A program made the translations under genes and the position numbers. A stretch of 63,970 nt of DNA, filler included, from Licmophora abbreviata (taxonomy: Eukaryota), in the NCBI GenBank assembly GCA_900291995.1. It is 12 parts of 12 records of this genome, joined end to end, with 100 filler letters (N's around TTAATTAATTAA, not from the genome) between each part and the next. Parts side by side here need not be neighbours in the genome. Positions count along the whole stretch, not along the records: positions 4,683 to 25,674 come from OLMU01004025.1; 11 more parts are not named here. One strand, given 5' to 3'. Positions 11,088 through 23,868 of this stretch are shown piece by piece; within the stretch, counting starts at the first letter, position 1; each line of letters opens with the position of its first letter. The notes under the pieces are model-generated. The model was not told where the DNA came from and ran no database searches. It was given only the letters and a program-made list of their open reading frames with translations.

Positions 11088-13623
11088 TTAGGCAGTCTGC
11101 TCGGCCTCAATGTCAACCTCGGCCTCATCAGCCGCCTGAGCAACTTCCTTAGGGACCTCGACCTTGCCGTGCTTGGAAGCGCGAATCTCCATCAGCTCGT
11201 CGACGTCCTCGGCCTTGGGACCAGTCAGGTCGTAGGCAGCACCACGATGGTGGGAGATATCGAGACCAACCTCCTCTTCAAGAGCATCAACACGGAACAT
11301 GCCCGCCATGTTGAGGAGGAGGAAGAAAGGGGTCATGAGAGCGCCGACCCATCCGATGATCCAGAGAATGGACACGAGCTGCGCAAGAAGAAGATTGGCA
11401 TCACCGCTGCCCTTGCCCCAAGAGTAGAACCATCCGACGTGCGCAGAGTTGTATCCAGCATCTGCCATGCGGCTCTCGTTGGCGAAGAGTCCAACGGCAA
11501 GGACACCCCACGCACCGTTGGCAAAATGAACAGGGATGGCGTCGACAGCGTCATCAATCTTAAGCTTGAGGAGCAACTTCGACATTCCATAGTAACACCA
11601 TCCTCCAATCATACCAACCGGCAGAGCAGCCCAAGGGGCAAAGACGGAACATCCGGCGGTGACGGCGACAAGCCCAGCAAGAGATCCGTTCATCGCCATG
11701 GTAAGATCGTACGACGCCTCACCAGTCTCATGCCAGTCAATGATGGTATCGGTGAACATGCAGGTCACGCATCCGGCAGCGGCGGCAATGGTGGTAGTCA
11801 CAGCACAGAGACCGGCAACGGTGGCAGACCCGGCGCTGGCGATGGCAAGAGCCGAACCTGGGTTGAATCCATACCATCCAAACCAGAGGATGAAGGTTCC
11901 CAGCATCTGAAGAGCAACAGAGTGCGGCATCCATTCAGCAGGCTTCTCCAGAGGGTTTCCGTCCTCGTCGTAAAAGCGTCCCTTACGCGCCCCGAGAACG
12001 GTGGCAGCAATGAGAGCGGTGAAGCCACCAGTCATGTGCACAACTCCTGATCCGGCAAAGTCAACAACTCCAACCCCGCGGAAGGGATCGTTGTTGAAGG
12101 CAGTCAAGAAGCCCTGGGTACACCAGATCGAGTGGACAACGACCGGGTAGACGAAACCCGTGAGGAACATAGAGTAGCAGAGGTAGGCTGCCATCTTACA
12201 ACGCTCGGCAACGGTACCGGCGACAATCGTAGCGGCCGTGGCGGCAAAGGCGAACTGGAAGAACCAACCAATGTAGGCGGGACCAGAGTCAAAGCCCTCG
12301 GCGAGAAAGAAACCCGAGCTTCCGATGAAGTTGACCTTGTCGGGATCGGTGTCGTCTCCGTAGGCAAAAGCGTAACCAATACTCCAGAAACCGATGGCAC
12401 CGCCGCAGGCATCAAGCAAGTTCTTAAGCATGATGTTCTTCACGTTCTTGGCACGGACAGAGCCGGCACAGAGCATGGCAAACCCTGCCTGCATCATGAA
12501 GACGAGGGCACCCTGAAAGTAGAAAGTTCAAGAGATAGATAAGGTTGTTAGACGTTTTGATTTTGCATTACAGGTAAGCGCGGTATCGGGGCGAAAATCA
12601 TAAGTGCGACATGCAGAGGAAAAGGACAGACCGAGGAACGTCTGCGTCAGCGTGAGAACGTGTCTGAAACCCATGACCAGCGTAGAACAATACCAAAGTG
12701 CGACATGAAGTACGACATCCTGAGCATCACCGTCGAAGTTCCGAAAGATGCCGGGAAGTTCAGTTTGGTCCCATATGGGAAATTTTCAAAAGACCAGCGT
12801 CCAGCAAAGGGCTATTGTCCGGCTTGCTGCAACGGAAAATGGTAGTCTATGTGACTGAAGATCCAAGTATATCAACTGCGTGACATTAAAAAGTTCGCAC
12901 ATTTTGCAGAACTTCCTTGCTGACAACGGAAGATGTGCAGCGAAAAAAGACCATGGTATCCAGTGGCGGTCATGGAACGACGATTGACCGACGACAAGGC
13001 CAAGCCACAACAAAACGACTCAGTGATTCCACACAGAGTGCAGTGGACTGCCAGGTCCGAGCGGAACAGTGGAGACATGACCGCAAGAGTAGAAAAGCTC
13101 CATAGAGAACGAAGAAGAAATATCGAGAACGATGCTGACTTACCGCAAACAAGAGGAAGAAGACATCCACGCCCGTCACGATGTCTTGAGTGATCTGTCA
13201 TGTTCGAAAAGAGTGGAAGAAGAAGAAGGTGGTGAGATTCCTGAGTAATCACAAGCGATCCGCGCTGGTGGTATCTCATCTTCTTTGCTTGTGACGCCTT
13301 GTGCCGGACACACACAAGCATCACCCGATCTTCTGATTACACATGAGGCGATAGTCCGCTTCAAGCGATGGTGCGCCCTCTACTGACACGCAGAGGAAGG
13401 AATGCACCGCATAGGAATGCGCCGCATCGGAAAGCACTAACATACTTCCCAGAAAGACGAAGAAGCACAGCATCGATCCACATACAAGTTTCGAATCCGG
13501 CGTCACCTAACAAGCTTCACTCAGTCAGGTACTTACAGCGAAGAGACCGCAGTCTTGGGTACCGACACCGGCACCTTCGTCACCACAGTAGTCGTTGAAG
13601 AAATCGTATGCTTCTGATGCCAT
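11088..13623 (-). CDS. AMT1: Ammonium transporter AMT1-type, copy A (exons 13623-13537, 13194-13144, 12512-11088)
   Basis: Spliced product MASEAYDFFNDYCGDEGAGVGTQDCGLFA|ITQDIVTGVDVFFLLFA|GALVFMMQAGFAMLCAGSVR...DFAGSGVVH...WFGWYGFNPGS. Both introns are phase-0 GTAAGT...CAG. Confidence 0.93.
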
Positions 13624-14336
13624 CGTTGCCAGGGTTCAATCAAACACTAGAGGTGTTCGATGGGCCAAAGTGATTTGTGAGAGAAGGAAGGCGCACTTCA
13701 CTTCTGCTTTTTTTCTGGGATTATCTGACTCCAGACGGAAGTCTACGTAGATTCTACTCGTCACACGTACATGAGCTGAGTGAAGTTGAAGTCTACGAGA
13801 TCTCAATACCATTAATTGACTGGTAGCGCGCACGTACGATGTCCTGACGTAGTACAAGATGTGCGTAGATTCTACAGGAAACGGCCGACTGGCGCGAAAA
13901 AATGTTGGTTGGCTGGAAGTCCACTTCGTCTGTCTGTGGAGGCGGTTGACACCGCTTTTCTCGTTCGTCACGACGGTCAGGCCTGCAGACACAGCGACGG
14001 CAATCGGCTGGATGTGTCAGGTCGCGTAGGCTAGTATGTTTAGTCTCGGCTGTTGGGAAACGCTAGGCTTTACTAGCGCTGGTGAATGTCCCCCCAAACC
14101 AAAGCTGGTTGGCAGAGCCGCCAGAACCACTGGCGGGGGGACCTTGGTTGACTTTCTCGTTGCTAGCGTTTCCACCATCAACGACGGAAGACAGTGCGCA
14201 GGAGTACCGGGACTCCTGACGGGGCCTACCGCTACAAGTCATCTCACTAACAAAACGAGATGACAAAGAGTTTTTTTTACGCTCCTGGGTACCTTGCAAG
14301 CTGTAGCTGTTTTAAATGTATAATTCATCCCAAATC

Positions 14337-15989
14337 CTAGGCCTTGTACGAACTTACGTCGTTGACACATTCCTCTAGCATTGCTTCTTCATCGTCGTGC
14401 GCATCGTCTCCGTCCTCATCGGTCCTCGGAGCACTCGTTGTTTTTCGTTTCCGCAATGCCGACTCTCCTTTAGCACGTTTGTAGGCTTCAATGTACTCGA
14501 GTTTGACTTCATCTGTGTTCATAGCACTGCCGCCGTGATAACTAATATCCAGACCGACTAGTTCTTCCAACGAGTCCGCCCGAAACCATCCTTTGAGGTT
14601 TAAAAAGAAAAAGAAAGGGACCATCATCACCAGGACCCATCCAAAGATCCACAGCAAGCCCATCAACTGGCATGCCAGCAGCGTGGCATCCCCACTTCCA
14701 CGTCCCCACGAATAGAACCATCCCACATGCTTGTCTCTCCCGTAGGTTCGCAACAGATTTTCCGGTACGGCAAACAGTCCCGTCGCAACCACTCCCCAAA
14801 TGCCATTGACAAAGTGGACGGGAATGGCGTCGACGGCATCGTCTAATCGAAATTTGATGAGTGTATGTGATCCGAGTAAATAGAACCAGCCGGCTATCAT
14901 TCCAATAACGACGGCGCTCCATGGTTCTACGACGCTGCAGCTTCCCGTAATGGCCACCAACCCGCTCAAACTCCCATTCATGGCCATGAGCAAGTCAAAC
15001 TTAGCTTCCCCCGTTCGACGTTCTTCCATTAACATGTTCGTGAAGAGGGCCGTGACAGCACCAGCAGCAGCCGAGAGCGTCGTTGTTACGGCTGCTAAGG
15101 ATGCAATTATTCCGGTCTCGTTGGTGGTCGTCGTGGTGAGCGTCAGGGCACTCCCTGGATTGAATCCGTACCAGCCAAACCAAAGTATGAAAGTTCCAAG
15201 CATTTGGAGTGCTACACTGTGTCCCGGCATGGGCTTGGGTTTTCGAAGCGGTACTCCCCGTGCATCATAGAATCTTCCTTTACGGGGTCCGAGGATGATA
15301 GTGGCAAAGATGGCCGTCGTCCCTCCGGTCAAATGCACGACACCGCTCCCGGCAAAGTCGACCATGCCACTGCCCCATAGTGGTTCGACTGCGTAGGCGG
15401 ATAGGAATCCGTGAACACTCCAGATCGAGTGCGCCACAACGGGATAGACGAATCCGGTCAAGAGAATACTGTATCCAAGATAAGCTGCCATTTGACATCG
15501 TTCCGCCAGAGTTCCCGCTACAATGGTCGCTGCAGTTGCCGCAAAGGCAAATTGAAAGAGCCAATTGGCATGACTGTCCAAATTGCGCATAAAGAAACCT
15601 TCGTTCCCAATAAAGGTCTTTGCAGTAGAGCTGGGGTCATCTCCTCCGAAGGCGAATGCATATCCGACGGTAAAGAATGACAGCGCAGCCCCGCAGGCGT
15701 CCAGCAAGTTCTTGAGCATGGTGTTCTGAACATTCTTCAATCGTACACTTCCTGCACAGAGCATGGCGAATCCGGCTTGCATGAAGAAGACCAAGGCCGC
15801 GGCATAGACCAAGAACCAGCTGGTAATACTGGAATAGGATTGTTCTTGCGACAGTTCGAGCGAGGACGCGATACACTGCAAGACGTAATCTTGATCTTGA
15901 GACTGTTCGAATTCTTCTTGGAGTGCGAGGCAGTTCTGGTACAGCGAGACAGACGCGCCGCTACTACTACCGCTGCTGCTGCTCGACAT
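14337..15989 (-). CDS. AMT1: Ammonium transporter AMT1-type, copy B (intronless)
   Basis: LVFFMQAGFAMLCAGSVR, DFAGSGVVH, WFGWYGFNPGS and DDAVDAIPVH motifs. Confidence 0.95.
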   Translation of the reverse strand: MSSSSSGSSSGASVSLYQNCLALQEEFEQSQDQDYVLQCIASSLELSQEQSYSSITSWFLVYAAALVFFMQAGFAMLCAGSVRLKNVQNTMLKNLLDACGAALSFFTVGYAFAFGGDDPSSTAKTFIGNEGFFMRNLDSHANWLFQFAFAATAATIVAGTLAERCQMAAYLGYSILLTGFVYPVVAHSIWSVHGFLSAYAVEPLWGSGMVDFAGSGVVHLTGGTTAIFATIILGPRKGRFYDARGVPLRKPKPMPGHSVALQMLGTFILWFGWYGFNPGSALTLTTTTTNETGIIASLAAVTTTLSAAAGAVTALFTNMLMEERRTGEAKFDLLMAMNGSLSGLVAITGSCSVVEPWSAVVIGMIAGWFYLLGSHTLIKFRLDDAVDAIPVHFVNGIWGVVATGLFAVPENLLRTYGRDKHVGWFYSWGRGSGDATLLACQLMGLLWIFGWVLVMMVPFFFFLNLKGWFRADSLEELVGLDISYHGGSAMNTDEVKLEYIEAYKRAKGESALRKRKTTSAPRTDEDGDDAHDDEEAMLEECVNDVSSYKA

Positions 15990-16753
15990 GGTGAAGAATG
16001 TAACACACGGGATAGGCTGGGAATACTCACTATGTAGACTGAAGTAGCGAATAAAGAGGACACTCGAGGCAACTAGATCGAACTTCTTGTATCAGAAATA
16101 CTAAAATTGCCAGGTGTTTGTGTGTGAGCGGCGGAGGGTCCCTTTGCGGCACCGATGATGTGTTGGTTGGTACGATACCAGAAAATCGAACATGCAGCTT
16201 GATACTTTTATGTAATACTCGTGTTGTTATGTTTATCAATACTCTAGACAGTAGGCATAGGCCAGTGCTATGTAATCGAAGATGTATGCTTAAAGTGGAA
16301 TATCATCAGGTAGAGAATATACTTGTCTCTACGGTTTGGAAATGCCACGTCATACAAGACTTCCTGTTTTAGTCGAAGGAGTCAGAAATACCAATCCACG
16401 ATGACATTCCGAGGAGAACTCGTCGCGGCGGCGGGCTTTGTGGTGTTTTGTGTTTTGCCACAAGTGATGATACAGATATTGAATACGCTGCGTTGCACTA
16501 CAGTCTTCGCTGTATGACATACTTGCGTTCATCCTCTTGTTTCTCATTCGTACGATTCGATTTGAGCTTCAAGGCTTCCGTCCAAGTTTCATTCCTCCTT
16601 CACGCCTTTGTCTTTTAGAAGAGGAAGACTCATTGCTGCTTGACCTCCGATTCTTGCCATCAATTTCTGATTTTTGATTTTTGACTTTTGGCGCTGTACG
16701 TGGGTCTAGTCTACACGGCATTGCTGCTCTCTCTCTCTAAAAACACGACCACG

Positions 16754-19700
16754 ATGTCCCCTCCCGCCAAGGCCAAATCGGCCTTTCTGTTCTATCAGAC
16801 GGAACACTTGGCTTCCATCAAACGAGAATTGGACACGGCCAACATGGGCGAGGCCATGACGGAACTGAGCAACCGATGGAAGTCGTCGACTCCCGAACAA
16901 AAACAGCCCTACTTTGCACTCGAACAGCAGGATAGGGAACGATTCAATCGTGAGTCGGCCAAGGCTGATCAACTGGCCTTGCAAGAACTGGAACGCAAGC
17001 GACAAGCTCAGAACGATCTATCGGCCACTCGCGGAGCGCGTCTCCAAGTCGACGAGCAACGTGCCGCGCGGCAGGCCAAGTCGGAGGCACGCCGTGCGGC
17101 ACGGGAGGACCACAGCGACACGGAATACGAAAAGAAACGCAAGGCGGAAACCAAACAGCGTCAGATGGTGCGCAAGAAACAAGAAAAGGCAGTGCAAGAA
17201 CGTCACCGTAAGCTGGACAAGCAAGAATCTGTCAAGGCCAATGCGAGACTGGAATACTTGTTGCAACAGTCGTCCATCTTTGCCAAGCTCAAAATGGGAC
17301 ACGGCAAAGCGCCACCGTCGTCACCTACAGGCAAGTACCAATCGCATCACCGAGAGGAACATGCCGAGAGTCAGCAAAATAGCGATGAGGACGACGATGA
17401 CGATCAGCCGGAACACGTGTTTTTGACCAAGCAACCCAGTGTTATCAAGCATGGTACCATGAAGGCATATCAGCTTGAGGGACTCAATTGGTTGATTCAT
17501 CTCGCCGAAAAAGGACTGAATGGAATTCTGGCCGATGAAATGGTGAGTCGCACCCAATGCAGGTAGTTTGCAGTACCTGGTATGTGCAGAAAAAGGAAAA
17601 TCTCAACCATCACGACCACTCTCTGCACTCGTCGAAATTACAGGGCCTTGGAAAAACACTGCAGTCCATTAGCATCCTAGCCTATCAGTATGAATTCATG
17701 AACGTTCAGGGCCCCCATTTAATTTGCGTTCCTAAATCGACACTGAGCAACTGGATGAATGAGTTGAATCGCTGGTGTCCGTCCTTGCGCGCGATTCGCT
17801 TTCACGGCACCCGCGAAGAACGTGAGGCGCTCGTTGCCGACTATTTTACGCACGAGGCTGCCGCTCATGACGGCAAACGTCCCTCCAAGCGTCACTATAA
17901 CAAGCAACTGCAGCAATGGGAAGATGATAATACCGATACTCCTCGCGCGTGGGATGTCTGCGTCACGACATATGAAATATGCAATATGGAACGCAAGACG
18001 TTGCAAAAGTTCGCTTGGAAGTACCTTGTTATTGATGAAGCGCATCGACTCAAGAATGAAGCGAGCATGTTTAGTAAGACGGTACGGACGTTCCATACGC
18101 AGCATCGCTTGCTGTTGACGGGAACACCTCTGCAGAACAATTTGCACGAGCTTTGGGCACTGCTGAATTTCTTGTTGCCCGACATCTTTGGGTCTGCGGA
18201 ACAGTTCGACGAGTGGTTCAATTTGGAAATCGACGATGAAGACGCTAAGAAACAGATGATTTCGCAGCTGCACAAGATTCTCAAACCGTTCATGATTCGA
18301 AGGTGCGTGTGCCTGTGTGGTTGATCTGTGTTTGCTCTGAGTCCTACGTTGCTCACTATCTCGATACTTTACCACGTTCCATTTCTCTAAACAGATTGAA
18401 AGCGGACGTTGCAAAAGGATTGCCACCCAAAACGGAGACTCTCATCATGGTGGGCATGTCCAAAATGCAGAAGCAGCTTTACAAGAAGTTACTGTTGCGC
18501 GATATTGAGAGTATCACTTCAAGTGGCGTAAAGAATCGAACGGCGATTCTTAACATCGTTATGCAGTTGCGCAAGTGCTGTGGCCATCCGTATCTTTTCG
18601 AGGGAATGGAAGATCGAACACTGGACCCACTTGGAGAACATCTTGTCATGAATTGTGGCAAACTGAATATGCTGGACAGGCTGCTGAAAAAACTCCAGGA
18701 GCGCGGTAGCCGGGTGCTGATCTTTACGCAAATGACTCGTGTTTTGGACATTCTGGAGGATTTCATGGTGATGCGCGGATATATGTATTGTCGCATCGAC
18801 GGAAACACAACATACGACGATCGTGAAGGGGCGATTGATGAGTTCAATAGGGATGGGAGCCCCAAGTTTTGCTTTCTCTTGAGTACACGTGCAGGTGGGC
18901 TTGGAATTAACCTGCAGACCGCCGATACGTGTATCCTCTACGACAGTGATTGGAATCCGCAGGTAGGTCCTTGCTTCCACGTGTGTCGGGGTTCTTGTGT
19001 CGTTTCGGTAATGCCTGGCTCATACAGTCTCTCGCCCTTCTGTTTGAATCGAAGGCTGATCTTCAAGCCCAGGATCGATGCCATCGACTAGGGCAAAAGA
19101 AGGAGGTAAACATTTACCGCCTCGTCTCGGAAAACACCATCGAGGAGAAGATTGTCGAACGGGCTCAGCAGAAGCTAAAGCTTGACGCCATGGTCGTGCA
19201 GCAGGGACGTCTAAAAGACAAGGATAAGAAGATTTCGAAGGACGAAATCATGGCCGCTATTCGATTCGGCGCGGATACTGTCTTTCGTTCCGAAGAGAGT
19301 ACGATCACGGACGACGACATTGATGCAATTTTAGAACGCGGCAAAGCCAAGACAAAAGAGTTGGCAGAAAAGATCCAAAAGGCTGAGAAGGGCGATCTGC
19401 TCGACTTTCGGCTCGACGCTGGAATGGGGGCGCAGACGTTTGAGGGTGTCGACTACAGTGACAAGGATCTGCGCGATCAGCTTCGTCTCCTTGCTGCCGA
19501 CTCTCTTGGAAAGCGGGAGCGTCGACCGCCGCCAACGAGCTACAACCCCATCATGGAACCCAAAAAGTCCATGGTCGTCAACAATCGCCGTATCAAGTTG
19601 CCACGATACCTTCGTTTGCCCCGCATGGAAGACCATCATTTCTACAACCGCGAGCGACTTCTGGAATTGGGCACTCACGAGTTTCACATGTATGGCAAGC

Positions 19701-21586
19701 TTCGCGAGGTGGGTCAGTTGCCGCCTCGCGAGTTCATGGAGAAGAATCGGACAATTCTGCCGCCCGATTTAGCTCAGGAAAAGAAGGATCTCCTCGAAGA
19801 AGGTTTTGGCGACTGGACGCGAAGCATGTTTTACCATTTCGTCAAGGCGGCGGCCAAGTTTGGCCGCGACGACATTGCGAGCATCGCATTGGAGATGGAC
19901 ATGCCCGAGGACGCTGTTGCATCGTACAGCAACTCATTTTGGAAGTATGGACAGGCAGAATTGAAGACGGAAGAGTGGGAGCGTGTCCGAACGAGTATCG
20001 AGCGTGGTGAAAAGAAGATTGCAAAGCAGCGAAAGCTCACGGCGCTCTTATCGGATTTCATCGGGACATTCGACAACCCTCGTGAGGAAATGACGTTTGC
20101 CAACAAGGGTACGACGCACTTTGCACTGGAGCAGGATCGAGCGTTGCTGTGTGCCGTCAACCAGCACGGTTATGGAAATTGGGACTCGGTACGCGAGGAA
20201 GTCAGAAACGACAATGCATTGAAGTTTCAACACGTGGTGCAAGGGATGAACACGGACATGATTGCCAAGCGTTGCGACTACCGAATGCGTCAGATGGAAA
20301 AGGAGTGTGAGGCAAGAGAGAAAGCGCTCCGGAACTTGAAACCACCCAACGTGGTTGCGGCAGAGAATGCTATCAATGCCATAAAGGAAATGGATGAGTG
20401 GGAGACCGAAGCACGGGCATGCCAATTGCGCGGCGAAGATGCTCCGCCCTTGAGTAACGTGTCTTCGGAAGCTGCTCAGGTCATTCGGGATCGAGCTGCA
20501 GAGAGGCAGCCGCACATCGACCGCCTTCGTGAAATCGAAATCCAGGTCCGGGGCTGCATGGCTCTGGCAGAGCAGACCCGACAGGAAATTCTTAGAGGCG
20601 CTCAGGTGAGTGGTCGCCGGGAAGTTGACAAGATTATCAAGCTGTTGTTTTGGTGGCTCACATTTTGGCTCATTTTTTTTCATTTTGTCCCGCAGTACGT
20701 CAACTACAGCAACATTACGCTGAAGGCCGGTGGCCCCAACACGAGCGGCGGCGAGGCACTCACTGTCATGACAGCCGCAAGTGGAGAAGACATTGAAGCC
20801 AAAATCAACCAGTCCGTCCTTGCCGTCCCTGAATGCGGCGTATGCGCTTCTTGTACCGACGACACATCCCGCAAGATTTGCATCAAACGTCTGGAAGTCC
20901 GAGACAAGCTCATTGCCGCGGAAGAACGCCGTCTCAAGGACGCCGCCTCCAAGGGGCACAAGGTGAAGTCGAGCAGCAAGAGCAATGGAAACAGCGCGAA
21001 AAAGCGCAAGCCTGATATTCCTCCCAAAACGCCATCGACCACCTCGAAGAAAAAGAAAATGTTGAAGAAACCCAACGGCGAATTGGGCCCCCGCGTCACG
21101 TCTCAAGGTAATAAACGCATGGAAATCCCCGAAGAACTGTTCCCCAACTTTTGCCGTCGCATTTCAGCCCGTGGCACAAACGAGCGCATGAAAGTCATCA
21201 ACGACTTTGTCGAAGAGTATCCAACCATCAGTACACGACAAGTGACAATAAAATTCGCGGATATCACGACCAAGGAACGTCCCGACTGGATGACGGGCAA
21301 GGAAAAGTTGCGATTTATGTTCTATCTTCGTCCCAAGTTTTACAAGTACCTACCAGAGAATGAGCGTCCTGAGGGATGGGAAAGAATGGCAGCAGACGAC
21401 GAAGTTTTGTGGGACAAGGAGCAGGCGGAAAAGGAAGAACAGAAAAAGAGTGACAAGGTGGCGGTGGATGCCAACCCTAAGTCGCCGCACTCGGAAAGCG
21501 CCCCAATGGCGGAAGCGGAAGCTGAAGCAGAGATCGTCGAAGCGGTTCCAGTGGCGGAAGCGAATGAGATGGACACTAGCAACTAA
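16754..21586 (+). CDS. ISWI: ISWI/SNF2H chromatin remodeling ATPase with N-terminal HMG box (introns 17543-17643, 18303-18394, 18963-19054, 20606-20695)
   Basis: [65 protein letters not shown] and [34 protein letters not shown] follows (EEGFGDW...YGNWD). All four introns are GT-AG and keep the frame. Confidence 0.93.
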
Positions 21587-21754
21587 GAAGTAGACTGCAA
21601 GAGAAGTGAAGAGAGACTCCTTTGACGGCTCGTGCGTCCTCCGCACCTACCTTACGTACGGCAATACCATAGGCCATCATCGGCTATCAGTGTCTCTAGA
21701 GTTCACTCTGTCTCTCTGATGTCTCCATTCATATGATATTCACCCTCGGCAAGC

Positions 21755-23478
21755 ATGTTGAGATGGTGTCCCGACCTCAATAAGTGGAAAAGTCGAAATG
21801 ACATTATTCCGACATTCCAAACTTCCAGCAAAAAAGTGCGCGAAGCCAAACCACAACAAAAAAGTTCGAACAGAATTCACCATGAACACGACGAAACCAT
21901 GTCTCCCGACGGCCCTCGGCACGACGAATCAGAAGAAGAACATGATTCGTTGTCACACCCAGAATTAGGGAAAAGTCCTGGCATGGTCAATCATCAGTTG
22001 ATTTGGGACAAGGCCGTAGCACTGTCGTTTTACAGCATGGTGGCGAGTCGATAAGAGTTCTGATTGGAAATTTGCTTGGCTTGGCATGTCATCAACCAGG
22101 AACGGTGCAGTGGAATAAGACTGAGTGGGCTCCCTGTATGACAGCCCCAGGGAATACCAATGCGACAGGGGGTGCCTTGTTTACGGATCTGCCTGCCAAC
22201 ATGCTCGGCTGCTTCCTCATGGGCCTCTTCACAAGTGGACATGACGACACACAGGCGGAGAAGCTTCCGGTACACACGAATTTGTGCTTTTTGAAGCGCC
22301 ACAGTAGATTTCAATCTTGGACCGTCACTCATTTCGCAATACGAACAGGCCTGTCAGGCTCTCTGACTACTTTTTCTTCTTGGAACGCCCAAATGGTCGT
22401 CATGATATGTGCAGGAGAGGGTACGGAACTTGGAACCCAATGGGTCAGTGCTCTATTTGGATATTGTGTAGGGTGGATGGTAGCCTTACAATCCTACTAT
22501 CTTGGTACACATGTTGCCTCACTATTGCATCGATGTCAGAATCCCGATCTCGCTCAAGAAGCAGATTTACTCCATGCTCGACAACGAAATGTTAGACTGA
22601 ACCGCGACTTGCCCGATATCGAACGGCGGTACCTCTATGACTTGACGCAACAGGGTGCGACGATGAATCCATCCATGCAAGCGGGAAACACCCAATACAA
22701 TGATGCCATGAGTAGTACTGGGTTCCATCATCTAAAACGGTGGAAGGAACAGACGCATCGACATCGATATCAACAGATTAACGAGGGTGGGTCGTTTCTC
22801 CAAGAATTGCATGATATTGAGCGGATCGTATTGATTGAGCAGAGAGACCCTGATCAAGAGCTATTAGAAGTCGCAAATAATGCCGGGTGGGATGTGGAAG
22901 CGTTAAAACAGTGGCAACAGATGTCCCAAAACGGTGACTTCGAGTCTGTTAAAAGATGGCGTACAGAGCGCGAGACGGAACAAATACGAATCGAACGATG
23001 GGTTAATAGTGGAGCATTGATAGTGGCAGCGGCACTCCTTATTTGGGGAATCGTAGAAGAGTCGGGTTCCGACGCTGCATCCTTGAACTATCGGTCGTCT
23101 TTTTTGGCAACATTGCTTGCTCCGCTCGGAACGCTGGCTCGATGGGGCATTTCATACTGGAACGGCTCCATCCAAACTACGAATTGGCAATGGTTTCCAA
23201 TTGGTACGTTTGTCAGCAATATGCTCGGCTGCTGTATATCTAGCTTGATGCTGGCTATTTTGTTGCAGGCCGGCGATACAAGTGACTTGACAATTGTATT
23301 ATTGGGCGCCTTCAAGACGGGGTTTGCGGGATCGCTCAGTACTGTGTCTACCTTTGTGGTGGAAATGGCTGCGTTGTTGCGGGAATTACCTCAACATGCA
23401 TGGGGATACTACTATTTGGCTCTGACACTCACGACAGCCTGTACTTTGGGGGTCATTTTCTATGCGTGGGCCGTGTAA
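21755..23478 (+). CDS. FEX: FEX-type fluoride exporter (two CrcB/Fluc domains); one-base frameshift at about 22042
   Basis: Domain 1 has ANMLGCFLMG and TGLSGSLTTFSSW; domain 2 has PIGTFVSNMLG and TGFAGSLSTVSTF. ORFs 21755.. and 22003.. join as SFYSMVGESIRVLIG if one G is added. Confidence 0.85.
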
Positions 23479-23868
23479 AGCTATAAGATCGCTTCATGGT
23501 TGCTGGAACCTGCAGCGTGTCATCTTGCTGACGGTACCGGTATGCAGTCGGCGCATCTCGAACACCGACTTTCATCTTTAGATCAGAATACATCTTTGTG
23601 ATGAGAAGAGCATCGATTCGAAAATACATGTTGGGCATGCGATACGGAATCGAGCATTGTCGGAAAGCAAGATCGTTTCGCTAGTATACTGTATTTACGC
23701 GTTTTCAACGTGGGGCGTCATGACATTGTCCATGATGAGCAATTCTCAGAGCAAATAGCCAATCGCCTTGAAGGCAAGAGTAGATGTCAGACAGGAAAAG
23801 AATTTGCGGAGCTTTTAGATGATTCGCGGGTCCACCGAGACATCGAGACGACCGCAGTCCTGGCCATC

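Noticed and set aside
11070..12542. Long antisense ORFs (326 aa and 136 aa) over AMT copy A
   Set aside because: They are codon-aligned shadows of a strongly biased gene and contain no recognisable motifs.
12555..12580. Plus-strand TTTTGCATTACAG/GTAAGC splice-like motif antisense to the AMT intron
   Set aside because: A single short motif with no supporting antisense gene structure.
20048..21106. 352-aa antisense ORF over ISWI (similar cases at 23710-24339, 36446-37249, 48267-49124)
   Set aside because: These are reverse-strand shadows of conserved genes.
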